A stretch of 64,000 nt of DNA from Cetorhinus maximus. Its lineage: Eukaryota. This document shows, piece after piece, positions 13,727 through 27,170 of this stretch. The translations under genes were made by a program, and so were the position numbers. The stretch covers positions 56,234,001 to 56,298,000 of the forward strand of contig NC_135879.1 of assembly GCF_964194155.1 (NCBI RefSeq), written 5' to 3'. The first letter of the stretch is position 1. Each line of letters starts with the position of its first letter. The notes below the pieces were generated by a model. That model ran no database searches and had not been told where the DNA came from. It saw nothing but the letters and a program-made list of their open reading frames with translations.

Positions 13727-15305
13727 CTGCATTAGAAAAAAAAAGCAATTTAGAATCTACTTATTAAAAATTAATAAAGGTTAAATATTTTCAATACTGT
13801 TAGAAATATAGTTCTAGCACATCAAGGAGTGCACTACTGCACCACAAAGCGGAAGCATGCCATTCTCCTGATCCCTAGCTGGCCCATCAAGCATGAGTGC
13901 CGAACAAAGACAGGTTTTGGTGGTGGTGGGGGGCAGTGCAATGGTGTTATCACATATGGAGAACAATCCAGGACACTTCTGCAGCTTTTTACAGACCCAA
14001 TAATTAGAGGCCCAAGGGCCGCTTGCCTATCCTCAGAGAACAATGCATATTACAGTAGAAAGCAAGAGTCAAATAATTCCACTTATTATGAAAGAGCTTC
14101 ATTATCTGGAAAATTACATAATAATAGTGCTAAGAACTTTTGTCACAGTTCAAAGTGTGAACTTGTATTTTCCCTTCTGGTTTATACTTTAAAGCATAGA
14201 TTTTCTGATCAGTTATTTTAACCCCAACTTGAAATAATTTAAAAGAAATGGACTATCGTCAGTGTTGAAGCAAAACCAAATTGGAAAATCTAAGTTTAAG
14301 AAAACTTTATATAAATATTAAACCGTATAATTTCAGAGTTGTACCTATGGCAACGATTATTCAGAAATTAAACAATAAGTGTTAACATTAAGGAATATCA
14401 GAGACCAGGTATCAGGAGTCAAGGGGAAGAAACCAGTCTCTTGGAAAACCAGAGTTAATCATTAGTGTTGAAAATAGTACGTCAAGGAAGGACATATGAG
14501 GGAATTTAATCAGGCCTTAAGCAGAGATTAATACAAACACTAACACAAAAGGGAATACGGCAGATGGTCCAAGTGAATGAGGTGTATCAATATAGATAGT
14601 AGAACAAACTGAAGCTAACTAAAATGATTTATATATCTGATATAGCATAGGCTGTATACAGGATAAAGTTCCCTTTACTCTGCCACTACTGCATTAGTGT
14701 GACATTTCCATTTCCTACAATTGGTCACATTCAAGGTTTCTAAATGAGATTCCCCCAGTTGGAAGCACATCAAGTAGATGCTTTTGTCCATCTACTGTAT
14801 TTCCTGTCAACTTATTCCATCATAAATTCCTATGTTCTCATTCATAATGGAAACTGACTATACAAATTTGTCACATTTTCCTACCAGTGGAACACTGCAT
14901 GGCCACCACTGGGCTAGGCGTAATTAAATCATGACACATTTTACAGAATCCGTTTCTATTATAAATATGAATGCAAAAATTTATAATGGAAATTCAAAAA
15001 TAAGGGCAGAAAATTCAGCTTGAAAAGGTGCCTTAATCGTGCCTTGGCCTAATTATCCCCTTTCCTCTAACTATGCTTGCCCTGAAGATTACACATGGAT
15101 TTGATTGTGTGTGCGTAATGCCACATGAGATCAACTCAAACAATCTGCATACAGTAATTCAAAGGATACATTAATTCTCACCTGGCTTCTCGTGTCTTTG
15201 TGCTACTACTTCTCATCTGCTTCCCTCCCTTTTACTCTTGTATTTGCTTCTCTCTCTCACCTCTTTGCTTCTTTTCCCCTTCTGATTCACTCCCTTTATC
15301 ACTTT

Positions 15306-15972
15306 GGCAAGAATTTTTCCATCGGCAAGCAGGGGCGGGGGCTGCTCGCCAATGCGTAAAATGACGTCGGATGGAACTCCCGACGTCATCCTGCATCATT
15401 TGCATTTTCAGGTCGGTGGGGACGCAGCCAAACCAACTGTGCACCTGCCGACCTGTCAACGGCCTATTGAGGCCATTCAAAAAGCAATTAAAGCAATTAG
15501 TGGACCTGCCCATCTAACCTTAAGGTTGGCCGGCAGGTCAGGAGCACTGGCGGCCACCTGAAAAAGCATGAAACCACATCCACAGGCAGGATAAGGTTTC
15601 ATGACTGAATTTAAAAATTAAGATTAACTTTTACTTAAAGTTATGCCCATGACCCAACTCATGTGACATTGTCACATATGGGGACATGGATGGTAAATGA
15701 AATTTTCGAAGCAATAACTTTTTCCCTTTGGGAACCGACCTCCCTGAGGCAGTACTTAGTCTCAGGGAGATCAGAGCATTCCTTCACACGCACGCACAAA
15801 GGAGTGCACTTCCACATTTGCCATTCCCCCCCTTGCCCGCACAGGGAGCGCGCAGTGCTTCTGTGCGGACATCATGCTGGGCGGGCCTTAATAGGCCCGC
15901 CCACAAAAAATGATGGTGCGCCCCCAATTGGGGGCACCAATCGGAGGGCCGCCCACCCATGCCCGCACTCCA

Positions 15973-16003
<31 letters not shown>

Positions 16004-16042
16004 AAAACAGGGGGGGGGGGGGGGGGGGGGGGATTTTTGCCC
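15306..16042. mobile_element. Harbinger-type MITE related to 1651-2252, opposite orientation
   Basis: Termini GGCAAGAATTTTT / ATTTTTGCCC. Internal ACATCCACAGGCAGGATAAGGTTTC resembles the rc of ~1955-1980. Confidence 0.7.
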
Positions 16043-18129
16043 TTAAACTCCCCCCACTCCTCACTTCCATCACATCCACTACACTTACATCTTCCCACAG
16101 CCCTTTCTCCTTCCCATTACCCATAAAAAGCACACCTCAACCCTGGTATTCTCTTCGCTCTATTAACACTGGAAACATGTTTATGCATCCATCCACTCCT
16201 CTTCATTTCCAGCTTGTGAAAGGCAAGAGACATTCTCGTCATCAACAAATTTCTCTTCGCCTTTCCCCCGCCCCCCCTCACAAATCGTTTCCTTCAAAAA
16301 GGTTTTGTTTGCTGTCAAGATTCAATTTTTAAAAAATCAACTTGAAAAGAAAGAAGAAATTGAGTGGCTACCTTTCCCTATGTCTCTCTAAACTCTTCAC
16401 CTGCCTCTCTCAAATGCACAATCCTTTTTGTATTGAAATAATTTTCAGAAGTTCTTTACTATATACAAGGTTACCTTTCGGATTGTATACTAGATATGCT
16501 ACTTTGGCACTGCATAAACAATTAATTCAATTAAATAGATCTCACATGTCTTATGCTCCAGAATGTGTCTTTAGCTGCAAAATATCTACATAAGCTGCAT
16601 CAAGATCCAAGTACCAAACAAAGAGCCCATTTTTCCTTCTCTTTGGTAGGCAAATTGAACATTCACCATCAGACTAGGATTCAAGTTATAATCAAACAAA
16701 AATGTTCTGGAGTTTCTGCATGATTTCTGCCCAGAATAAGCGCTAAAGATTGTGAAATAATAAACGCAAGTGAGTTGCACCCATAACTGCTTTAATCAAT
16801 TATCCATGATCTTTTACACTGGTTCAAACATCCATCTGCCTAAAGCATTCCTGCCCACAAAACTCACTGCACCCCAGGTCAGAACGGTGTGTTTATGCCA
16901 AGTACATCCATGTAGGGAAGTTCATTATGTTGTGCCCAGAATCTCAGATGCACAGGTACCTGTGGTCACATGAATCCACCATTACCACCTCCAGTAGACA
17001 GTCAGCTGAAGCCTGACCTTATTGTGCTTCTCCTGTTGCTGCAATTAAATTAGCCAAAATTCAGTCAATTACAGCAGAGCAAAACCTGTGTGGCCTCAGC
17101 CGACTGCAGGTCCAATGTATCAAGGGTAGATCAAAATAGTACATTGAAGCCAATTAAGAAATACGAGCAAGAGCAATAAATCAGTCAGTTAAATAGCTCA
17201 TTTGTGCGCAATCCCCCTTCCTGTTTGTGATGATGGAGGGTGTCTTGTTCCTGTTATGAATCCCTTCCAATTGATTAACAGCTACTTGATACACTGATTC
17301 AGAGATTTTATGAGTTTATGCAAATGAATTTGCATGGAAACTGGAAGGTAACTGCATGTCATCAAAACCAGCACAGCGTTGGGCACATTCCACCAATTGC
17401 ACATCAGCACCAATTCCATGACAATATATGAATATATGTAATACGAAACTGGTAAATGCACAGACTTCACAATTATACCGACAAATTTACAAACTTCTCT
17501 ATTCTTCATGATGCATTATTATTTTTAAATGTATTTTTCCCTGAGCTATCCCCTACACATACGATGATCCTTGAAAATGGATTGTCACATTTTACATGGT
17601 GAAGTATCACCAGGGAGTCAAATCTAGTATTCAATCGTTAGTGATGGATTGATTTCCGAGGAAAGAAATCCAAAAAGTACAATGCTAAATTATTTGTGAA
17701 TGGGCTTTATTTCAGTAGGACTTCATGGAAGTGCATTTCCTTTAACAGACAGTTGGACATTCTTTGTTGTCCTACATCTGATGTTTGCTATCCAGCTTGA
17801 ATCACCTGCAAGTGGAATTTCATATCTTGTTCTTTAATGCAAGTTACTGCACCATTCCTTTACCACTAATTTACATTTGTACATTAGCACCACCTTTTGT
17901 TTTAGGAGGAACAACATACTTAAATCATACATAAATATCCCCTCCCAATTCTTGCATGGGTTCTCATCCACATGTAATGGCAGCAATCAGAGAGTGCATA
18001 TCAAAAATTTCTAGACTGTATGGTAAATTCCCTCCAGTTTGCAGAAAATAGCTAGCAATATCTAATCTCACCCCCTTATATACCATTACTAATATGAACA
18101 AATTAAAAGTTATATAAGTAATTATTCCA

Positions 18130-18910
18130 TATAATGCCATTAACATCATAAAATGCCCAAGGCAGTTCAGTGGAGCATTATAAAACAAAATACAACACAG
18201 CCACATAAGAAGATACTAGACCAGTTGACCAAAAGCTTGGTCAAAGAGGTGAGTTTTAACAAATGTCTTAAAGGAGGAAGGTGAGGTAGAGAGTTGTCGG
18301 GAGGGAATTCTCGACCTTAGGGCCTAGGCATCCAAAGGTGATTAAATCAGGCTTCAAGAGGCCAGAATTCGACGAGCGCAGATATCTTGGAGGGCTGCGG
18401 GACTGGAGAATATTACAGAGATACGGAGAGGCGAGGCCTTGGAAGGATTTAAAAACAAGGATGAGAATTTTAAAATCAAGGCATTGCTTGATTGGGAACC
18501 AACGTAGGTCAACAAGCACAGGAGCTTGACCAGGCACCAGAGTTTGCAGAGGGTAGAATGTGGGAGGCCAGCCTGTTGGAATGGTCAAGTCACGAGGCAA
18601 CAAAGGCATTAATGAGGGTTTCAGTAGCAGGTGAACAGAGACAGGAGTGAAGTTGGGCAATGCTGCAGGAGGTGGAAATAGGCAGTCTTAGAGACAGCAT
18701 GGACATGTCGAAGCTCATCTTGGGGTCAAGTATGACACCAAGGGTGTGAACAGACTGGTTTAGTCTTGGGAGAGGGAAAGAATTGGTAGCTGAAGAACAA
18801 AGTTTGGAGCGAGGACTGAAAACGACGGCTTCAATCCTCTCAATATTTAACTGGAGGAAATTTCAGCTCACCCAATACTGGGTTTCGAATAAGTAGTCTG
18901 ACAATGTAAC
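18130..18910 (-). mobile_element. L2 LINE 3' fragment
   Basis: L2 signature peptide LRWFPIKQCLDFKILILVFKSFQGLASPYL...LRSS. Confidence 0.8.
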
Positions 18911-20764
18911 AACATTTTGTTTCAGAAAACATATCAAACCGAAAGACAGAAATAGAGAGTCCAAAGTGTGTTGAAAATTGAATTTAATAGTTGCATAAAT
19001 ATCTTCCCCAGTTTAGAAAAACCTCAGTTTCGCCTTCCACACTGATGTTACAAACCAATGACCCAGAGTTTGACCAAAGCTCAGATCTATTCTATACTGC
19101 TGCTAAATGCCAGGCACCCACCTAAATTGCTCCATCTTGCAAAAATCATCTTCACTTCTAACCTCATCTTAGAAATGTTAAGGATTAAAGATACAATATT
19201 ATGGTAAAGAAATATACATAAAAAAGGCAATTTTCACAGAATAATGGGCAAAGTCATGAGGTGACATCCTCAAAGAGCAGGCTAAAATCTCAATACATTT
19301 TATGTTACATGCCATAATACTCCTATTATTATAATGAATTTAGAATTAAGATGAATTAAGATGTTTGTATTAAGATAAGCAATGTGAACTATTAAACATT
19401 ACAAATCACTCAAATCCACCCAATTCCTGTAAGTTACTTATTTTCTGTCATGGCCTATTTCAGTCACACTAATTTAAGTCACACCTAAACTATATTTAAG
19501 AATACTTCCCATTGATGCTGTCCTCTTAATCCCATATCCAAAATAGATGTGCCTTCTAGCTAAGCATCCTGACTTCCTCCTCTCACTTAAGAAGTTAGTC
19601 ATTTTTTTAAAAACCTGAACCAACATTTAGCATGTCGGAAGGCATCTAAATTGCAAAAGACCTGATCAGAAAATTCATGATCTAGGAAGCTGAGCTTTAG
19701 AGGGCTGAATTTCACTTTCCTTATGTTATGACAGATTTCTGAAACTGACATTTAGGCAATTGAGATTAAGTGGCCCCAAAACTTGTAGTTCCATTAGCAG
19801 CAAAACACTCCTGCCCCTCCTCCCTCCCTGGGTCCTTAATATCGCAGATGTCAGAGAAGAGCTGGGGGTTGATGGGTGTGGGTATGGGTGTGGGTAGGGG
19901 TGGAGGGTTTGGACAGCCAGAATTGAAAGAACCCAGAAAATCAAAAGAAACATTATAAATTCATTACAAACACTTACCTGTCATTACACTGAAGACAAAC
20001 TGCAAGGGTGTGTCTTTAGCTTGTGATAGCAAAAAAGGTGGAATTGCACCTCATCATTAGGCCTCCCTGCTCACCTTTCACCTTGCCAATGGATCCACAC
20101 TGCAGCCAGGAGAGCAAGTTCTCACTGCAGCTTATGAAAAAGGTAGGAATGTGGTTTTTAAACGCAGTCAGCAGCGTATGCCTGCACTTTGCCACTGACC
20201 GGAAGATCCAGACCATTATTTTGGAGTTGTTAAAGCTACTTGCTGAGCTTTCATTGATCAGCTACTAATAAATCGAACCTTCATGCAACATAGACAATAG
20301 GGGTAATTGTGAAGTCCATGGACAGTAAAGCCAGGTGTGTAAAACCAGCTCTGCACCCAATTCTGTGGGTCTCCAATCAACAAGTAGGTTCAAATTACAC
20401 CCAATCTTTCTAACTTTTGTTTTAGAGCTACAAACTATTCCTGATAATTCAGTTATTTTCTGCACATAAATATTGAATTATCCAGCAATTTGAATGAAAC
20501 AACATAAATAACACAGCAACATGAAATTTCAGTGTTTAAAAATATTTAATTATCAGGTAATTTAACTTAAGCAACTTTGAATTAAGCATAGACACTAATG
20601 TAACAGTTAACAGGTTTACTTTCGAGTATCATTTAGGATCTGAAAATTCAGCTTCTCTTCTAAAGTTTCCAGTTATTAATTTAGATACTGTTCACTGATT
20701 GCTCAGATAACATTTTGTTTAGGTAAAAATGTAAAACAGCATTTCTAAAACATAAATACCATAC

Positions 20765-20815
20765 CTGCGGCTTTTCAAGATGCTTTAAATATTCATCAAA
20801 TGATCCTTCGATGAA
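20765..20815 (-). CDS. OTUD4: OTUD4 exon 3 (FIEGSFDEYLKHLEKPQ)
   Basis: TGCAG acceptor, GTATGG donor, 51 nt, phase 0-0. Confidence 0.95.
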
Positions 20816-20864
20816 CTGCAATAATGAAGTAAAAATAAAATCTTACAATTGATGCAATGCATAA

Positions 20865-21100
20865 GTACATAGAAACAAAAGCAGGCCATTCAGCCCCTCA
20901 AACCTGTTCTACCATTTAATGAGATCATGGCTGATTTGTATCTTCAACTGAAGGTGACGTGGTGGAGTTTTGTTAGGCAAGGGTATTAAAACTATCAGAA
21001 TTTATAAATTTTTGGTTGGTTGGCCTTAACAGTTTTTTTAGGTAGTGAGTTCCAGATTTAGACTATCCTAAAGTTTATGTTAAGAAATGCTTCTGAATAT
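20865..21100 (-). mobile_element. CR1 3' tail fragment
   Basis: ACATAGAAACAAAAGCAGGCCATTCAGCCC terminus shared with other CR1 tails in the window. Confidence 0.55.
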
Positions 21101-21400
21101 GCATGAATTTCCATACCTAACTAGTTGTGGTACTGAAAAATAAATGTTAATAAAAGGACAATGCATTGTATCAAAACACTGTGCCAAAGGACAGTTGCTT
21201 CCTCTATTAATGTAATACTTTCTTTCACAAGGGGGACAACAAACTAGCTGTTGTGTACCCAGTAGTCAGCTCAACATTGTTTCTGATGTAAATCAAAGTA
21301 AGTCGTCCGCTCACCTGCCCACCCAGAGGATGATATTTTCCATTTCTGTGTTTGGATACATAAATCAAATCTTTTTTTTAAAACCTCAAAGAAAGCATAC

Positions 21401-21484
21401 CGCTTCAAACTTATCTCTGTTCTTCCTCAGGTAAGAAACACAAGCTCTTCTCACTTCAAGGTGTTTAGACTGTGTGTGGAAAAC
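21401..21484 (-). CDS. OTUD4: OTUD4 exon 2 (VFHTQSKHLEVRRACVSYLRKNRDKFEA)
   Basis: Poly-T tract plus CAG acceptor, GTATGC donor, 84 nt, phase 0-0. Resembles human VLHSQSRHVEVRMACIHYLRENREKFEA. Confidence 0.95.
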
Positions 21485-21659
21485 CTGAAAAAAAAATAAA
21501 CTGAAATAATTCCTGTGAGGTTGTTCAATAAATTATTTACAATCAGATCGTCTCCTGTGGCTTTGCTCACATGAGGTCGGGGCAGTTGTGATGATTAGCT
21601 GCTGACACCGTAATATTTAACCTAAACTGCCTCGTTAAGGCCAACATTTAAATCAAAAA

Positions 21660-21995
21660 AGAATTTTGATTTACATAGTGCCTTCCAATGCCTCGGGCCG
21701 ACCCAAAGCACTTTAGAACCAAGGAAGTATTTTTGAAGTGTATTTCTTATAATGTCAAAAACGCAGCAGCCAATTTGCGCACAGCAAGGTCCCATAACAC
21801 CAACATGATAATGACCAGATAATCTGTTTTAGTGATGTTGATTTCAGGATAGCTATTGGCCAAGACACCAGGGTGAATTCCCCTACTCTTCTTCAAAATA
21901 ATCCCGTGGGATCTTTTCCATCCACCCTAGAGCGTAGATGAGGCCTTGGTTTAACATCTCATTCAAAAGACTGGAGTGACAACCTAGATTTTATG
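21660..21995 (-). mobile_element. Deu-domain SINE copy
   Basis: Same core and tail as 505-960. Confidence 0.7.
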
Positions 21996-22214
21996 GGTGG
22001 TGAGGAAGAAGTGATAATAAATGCACAAATTCAGGTAATTGTTGCTGCTTGTCACTTCCCAAGGTGAATTTTAGGGAAATTACAGTGATTTGTAAACTTC
22101 AGGCTCCATGTGAGAAAAACACTGCACGATTGCAACAAAGTGTCAACAAGGCCTCTTCGTAAGCTGATGTCTTGTGGCATTAATCACACAAAGTCAGAGC
22201 TTGTTTTTAAATAC

Positions 22215-22262
22215 AAGAATGAGATTGTTATGTCTATTAAGAATGAGATTGTTATGTCTATT
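22215..22262. repeat. Perfect 24-bp tandem duplication
   Basis: AAGAATGAGATTGTTATGTCTATT x2. Confidence 0.9.
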
Positions 22263-23519
22263 ATTGGAGAAGGAGCTGATTTAATAATATGATGTGGGTC
22301 AGATGATCTAATGATATTTTAGGCAGGGTGGACACTTGCAGGGTTGGAAGGGAAGGATGAGGGCTGGATCATCCAAGAATGTAAGAAAACAACTTACGTG
22401 CACATGGCACCTTTAAGGGTACAAGGCACTTGAGAGGGGTGTTAATCAATCAATATTTTACACTGAGCCAAATAAAGCGAGATTAAAGCAGATGATCAAA
22501 AGCTTGGCCAAAGTTAGATTTTAAGAAGCGAGGTAGAGGGATACAGAGGTGCAGAAGAAAATTCCAAAGGTTAGGGTCTTGGCAGCTGAAGACATGGCCA
22601 CCAATGGTGGAGCAAATAAATTGGGAGTCTGCCAGAATTTAAAAATTGGGAATCCATGTGACAAGCCTCTCAAGCAGTTTACTTGCCTATCAACATCATC
22701 TGGGTGCTTGAAACATATAGTCAACTGGAAATGTTAATCCCTTAAATATCTAGGAATGAAGTCAAGACTGGAAATCACTTATGAGTCTGCTGATATTCAG
22801 AATTGCTCAAATTAATAATAACCTTCTATGTTTTCAAGGCTGCCCACTGGAACAAACTATCAAATGAATTATGAGATAAGACAATGCTTACTTAATGCAC
22901 ACCGGGCAGTTGTGTGTAACTATGGAAGTCCAAGAGGCAGCCAAGTGTTAATTAAATACAAAGTTGGACTGAAGCAGTTCTCAGACACCATGTTGAGGTT
23001 GCAAGTTTGGTGAGGAGGAAATAAAGGTGTTAGCTAGTAGAAGAAAAACTCAGTCTGTTGTGAATATTAGATGCCATGGGGCCAGAGGCATAGAAAATTG
23101 GTGCTTAAGGTCAGATGGAAGGTACAAAGGTGCATCAAAATAGCTACACCTGGATTACTGTTACCTGAATAACGAACACCTAATTGAAAACCATGCAGTT
23201 TAAGCATAGGTGGACCAATTATGAGCCAACTTCAGGTATTACAAGGAAAGAAGAATTAAAGATTGTTACACTCTTTCTCGTTGGCAAAGTTTCTCATTAG
23301 TATTCCATACTTCTTTTCCCCTTGCTGTGTCCCATGTAAATGTGTAAGATGTATCAACAGCTTCATCATCAATCCTGTATGCAAACAGTGTAAAGTCAAA
23401 GAAGCTGAGAACCTGTGATGATTCAATAAGTTTAGAGTGAATAGAGTTGATAATAAAAGTGAGAACCAGGCTGAATATTGCAAGTTCGGTGAGAAAGTAA
23501 AAAAAAGAAATAAGAGGAA

Positions 23520-24640
23520 CCTAGAGAGTGCATGAGAAGAGACTGGCAACTAATATACAAAGGAATCCAAAAGTCTTCAATAGACATATAAATAGTAAAA
23601 TGGTAGTAAGAGGAGTGGGGCCAAAAAGGAAACCTACACATGGCAGCAGAGGGTGTGTAGTAGTGACAGGAAACAGAAAGTCGTTCTTTTTTTGACTGGA
23701 GAAAGACATACAGCGGTGTTTCCCAGGGATCAGTACTTACCAGTGCTTTTCTTGATCTATATTAAATGACTTGGCACAATTTCAAAATTTGCAAATTACA
23801 CAAAACTTTGAAACGTAGAGAACTAGGAGGGGGATAGTGACCAATTCCAAGAGGACATCGACAGGCTGATGGAATGGGCAAACGCATGGCACAAATTTAA
23901 TGCAGAGAACAGAAAGTGGTACACTTTGATGGGAATAACAAAGAGTGGCAATATAAACTAAAGCATACAATTCTAAAGGGAATGCAAGAACAGAGACACC
24001 TCTGTACACAAATCGTTGAAGGTGGTAGGACAGGTTGAGAAAGTGATTAATAAGGCTTATAGGATCCTGAGTTTTATAAATAGAGGCACAGAGCACAAAA
24101 ACAAGAAAGTTATTATGAACTTTTATAAAATACTGGTTCAGTGTCATGTCCAGCAAGTCCAATTCTGGGCACCGCACTTCAGGAAGTATGGGAAGGATTT
24201 AGAGAGGGCGCAGAAAAAATTATGAGAACGTTTCCAGGAATTAGGAACTTCAGGTACATAGATAGACTGGAGAAGCTGGGGCAGTTCTCCTCAAAGAAAG
24301 GAAGATTTAGAGGAGATTTGATTGAGGCATTCAAAATTATGAGGAGTCTTAGACAGAGTAGATAAAGAGCTGTTCCCACTGACAGGAGAAAAAAGAACTA
24401 GAAGACAGATTTAAAGTGATTGACGAAGAACGAGAAGCAACATGTGAATACACTTTACGCAATGTGTGGTTAGGATCTGGAATGTACTGTCTGAAAGAAT
24501 GGTGGAGACGGATTCAATCGTGGATTTCGAAAAAGAACTGGATAAGCACCTGGAGGGAGAAGAAATTAAATTGCTCTTGCAGAGAGCCAGCACAGGCTGG
24601 GAGGGCTGGGTTACTTCCTTCTGTGTGGTAACCATTATGC
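23520..24640 (+). mobile_element. CR1 LINE, internally deleted
   Basis: Peptides QFWAPHFRK, RGDLIEAFKIMR and VRIWNVL. Confidence 0.85.
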
Positions 24641-25479
24641 CATACTAATTAAAAGAAATCTGACTGCTGTCTACCAACGCTTGAAGGGTTTCCACAGACC
24701 TCAGTAAAGCCAATACTTATTCTGTAATAATGGACCTCAGGTCTCAGCATGGAATTTCAAGAAATTTGCAACAGATTGGGACTTTGAGTACATTATATCA
24801 TCTCCAAATTATGGCCAGTCAAAACAAAATACAGTTACGACATCAAAGGAACTGCTTGAAAAAGCTAAGATTGTTGGCAATATGGGCTGTTAAAATGGAG
24901 AAACATTCCAATGGCAGATTCAGCTATTCTCCAATGCAAAGATTGATAAAAGAAATATTCCCAATTTTGCCAAATATTCTAAAGTCAATATTGTGTAGAT
25001 ATTATTTTCTAGCTTTTAGCTAACAAGAAAAAACAAACAAGTTTATTACAGGTTAGGGGTGTGCCAATTACCAGAAGTAAAGAATAATCATGGCCAGATG
25101 TTAGCAACATGCGGTTGAGAAAAGTAAAGGATCAGGAAGAATGCTCTTGAATTTTGAGATGGAAAGTAATGGAAAAGATCACAGGTAGAATCACAAGCTG
25201 TGAAACAAAAGAATCTCCTGATCTGAGCTACAGGAGGAAAGATAATTCTAGATACAGAAACACAAATTTTGTTACCTCAAAAAATTCTGCATTGAGTTAA
25301 CCTGTACTGGATGGACAGAAGGAACTAGGGGGAACAGCAAATGACAAATCTGCTGTAAAGAGAGTCAGGAAATCCCATCTCGAATACAAAGGAGATGGTT
25401 AAATGGCAAATTAATCAAGCTTTGACTGAAGTTAAACAAGTGTAATTCAGGTATTAAAATTTCATTTTACATCCCTGAC

Positions 25480-26125
25480 TGAGTGGTAACATTCTCAATT
25501 CAAAAACCAGAAAGTTATAGGTTCAAGCTCCACTCCAGGGTCTTAACCCATAACATAGGCCAACACTAAGTGTAGTACCGAGGGAATACTGTGTCAATTG
25601 TGTATATATTTGCATTTAATTGTATGCGGATAGTAGGCATTAATTGGGGATTCACTCATGCACCTATAAATAGATAGTGAGTGAAACTGTAGTTGTTGGG
25701 TGAAGAGGTGCCTGTATCTCTGTAAATAAATGTTCATAAACTGTAAAAGATTGTCTCCAGTTCTATCCTTCATTATCTGGATTGATGAAATTCAGCATGT
25801 TGCACTGTCAGACCTGTCAGCTTTCAGATGAGATAATAAACAGAGGCCCCATCTACCATCTCAGGTGGATGTAAAAGATCCCATGGAACTACAGTATTCA
25901 AAGAAGAGCTGGGAGTTCCTCCAGTGTCCTAGCCAATGTTTATCCCTCAATCAACATCACTAAAACTGATGATCTGGTCACTATCACATTGGGATTTGTG
26001 GGAGATGCTTTGTGCAAATTGGCTGCAGGTTTCCTATATTCCAACAGTGACGATACTTCAAAAGCATTTCACTGATTTGGCACATCCTGAGGTCATGAAT
26101 GATACCATATAAAAATAGGTCTATA
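25480..26125 (+). mobile_element. Deu-domain SINE interrupted by a ~206-bp insert
   Basis: GGTTCAAGCTCC B-box-like head and AAAGATCCCATGG core. The SINE resumes collinearly after 25797. Confidence 0.75.
25592..25797 (+). mobile_element. Putative solo LTR
   Basis: TGT...GCA termini, TATAAA followed by AATAAA, flanked by TACTG/TGTTG (decayed 5-bp TSD). Confidence 0.55.
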
Positions 26126-26544
26126 TACTTTGCTTCATAAACTAAATATGGTTTACAGCAAATGAATTAAGGGAGGTCCATAAGTCAATATGTGGAAGAA
26201 AATTTGTATATTCAAACTCAGTTTTAAAATACTTTATTAGATAGACTTTTTTTATATTGGAAATATCACAATAATTTCAGAATATTCTGGGATATTGTGC
26301 GGTTATATGGTGTAGACACAGAAGCCTAAAGATCATTATATACATTTTATTTAGATACACAAATGGATTTAACTAGTTTGTCATTGTTTTCTAAAGCAGA
26401 AATAAGATTTCACTATTTAAAAATAGAAAGCAGCTTTGAGGTTGTAACAATGGCAAAACTGTCAGAGATCACCGTCATTCCAAATGCAAAAGTGAGAACA
26501 GCTTAGGTTTATCTGTGTGCACAGACATCAGGTGTTAATAATCC

Positions 26545-27170
26545 AGAAGTTGCTGTTAGTGATTGTCTGCTCCTCTCTTGGATGCACTGTTGAAGTCCCT
26601 ACAGATGGCAATCTTTAAAAATCACTTGAACCAAATGTGAACTTCCCCTTTTCCATTGCAATATCACTGTTAAAAAAAAAACCTTGAAAAAGTTATGCGC
26701 CTAGGTGGATAAGGTGTAACTGGATTTTTAAACAGTGTACTGAGTCCTATCTACTACTGAACAACCTCACTGGTTCTGAAAAACTAATATCTGTGGAATT
26801 ACCACATTAAATTAAATACTTATGGAATTTTTAAACTTCTAAAAAAAAATTGATACAATATTTTAGCTTCTACCTTATTACCATGCACAGGTCCCAATCT
26901 TTATTTTATTCTCTGGAAACATTATTTTAAAAATGAACGATAATCAGTGCATTTTGCTCACTTTGAGAATTATTCATTTGTGATTGATGCTTAGCTGGCT
27001 TGATGATACCACTGTTGCCACTAAATCCCCTCGACCTAGTGCCAGAGTTCCACTAACGTTGGGAAAAGTGAAACGCACACCACAGAGATTGCTAGATCTT
27101 AGTGGAAAGCCTTCTTTGAGATCAACCATGAACACCATCACTTCACTGCTGACTGCAAAATCCAGGCCAT
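26545..27170. repeat. Unclassified interspersed repeat; second copy at ~52690-53280
   Basis: Shared segments such as TTTAGCTTCTACCTT...CCCAATCTTTA, and similar ...ATCCAG(G)CC ends. Confidence 0.55.

Noticed and set aside
15663-16332. Poly-Pro/poly-Gly ORFs
   Set aside because: Artefacts of the C and G homopolymers.
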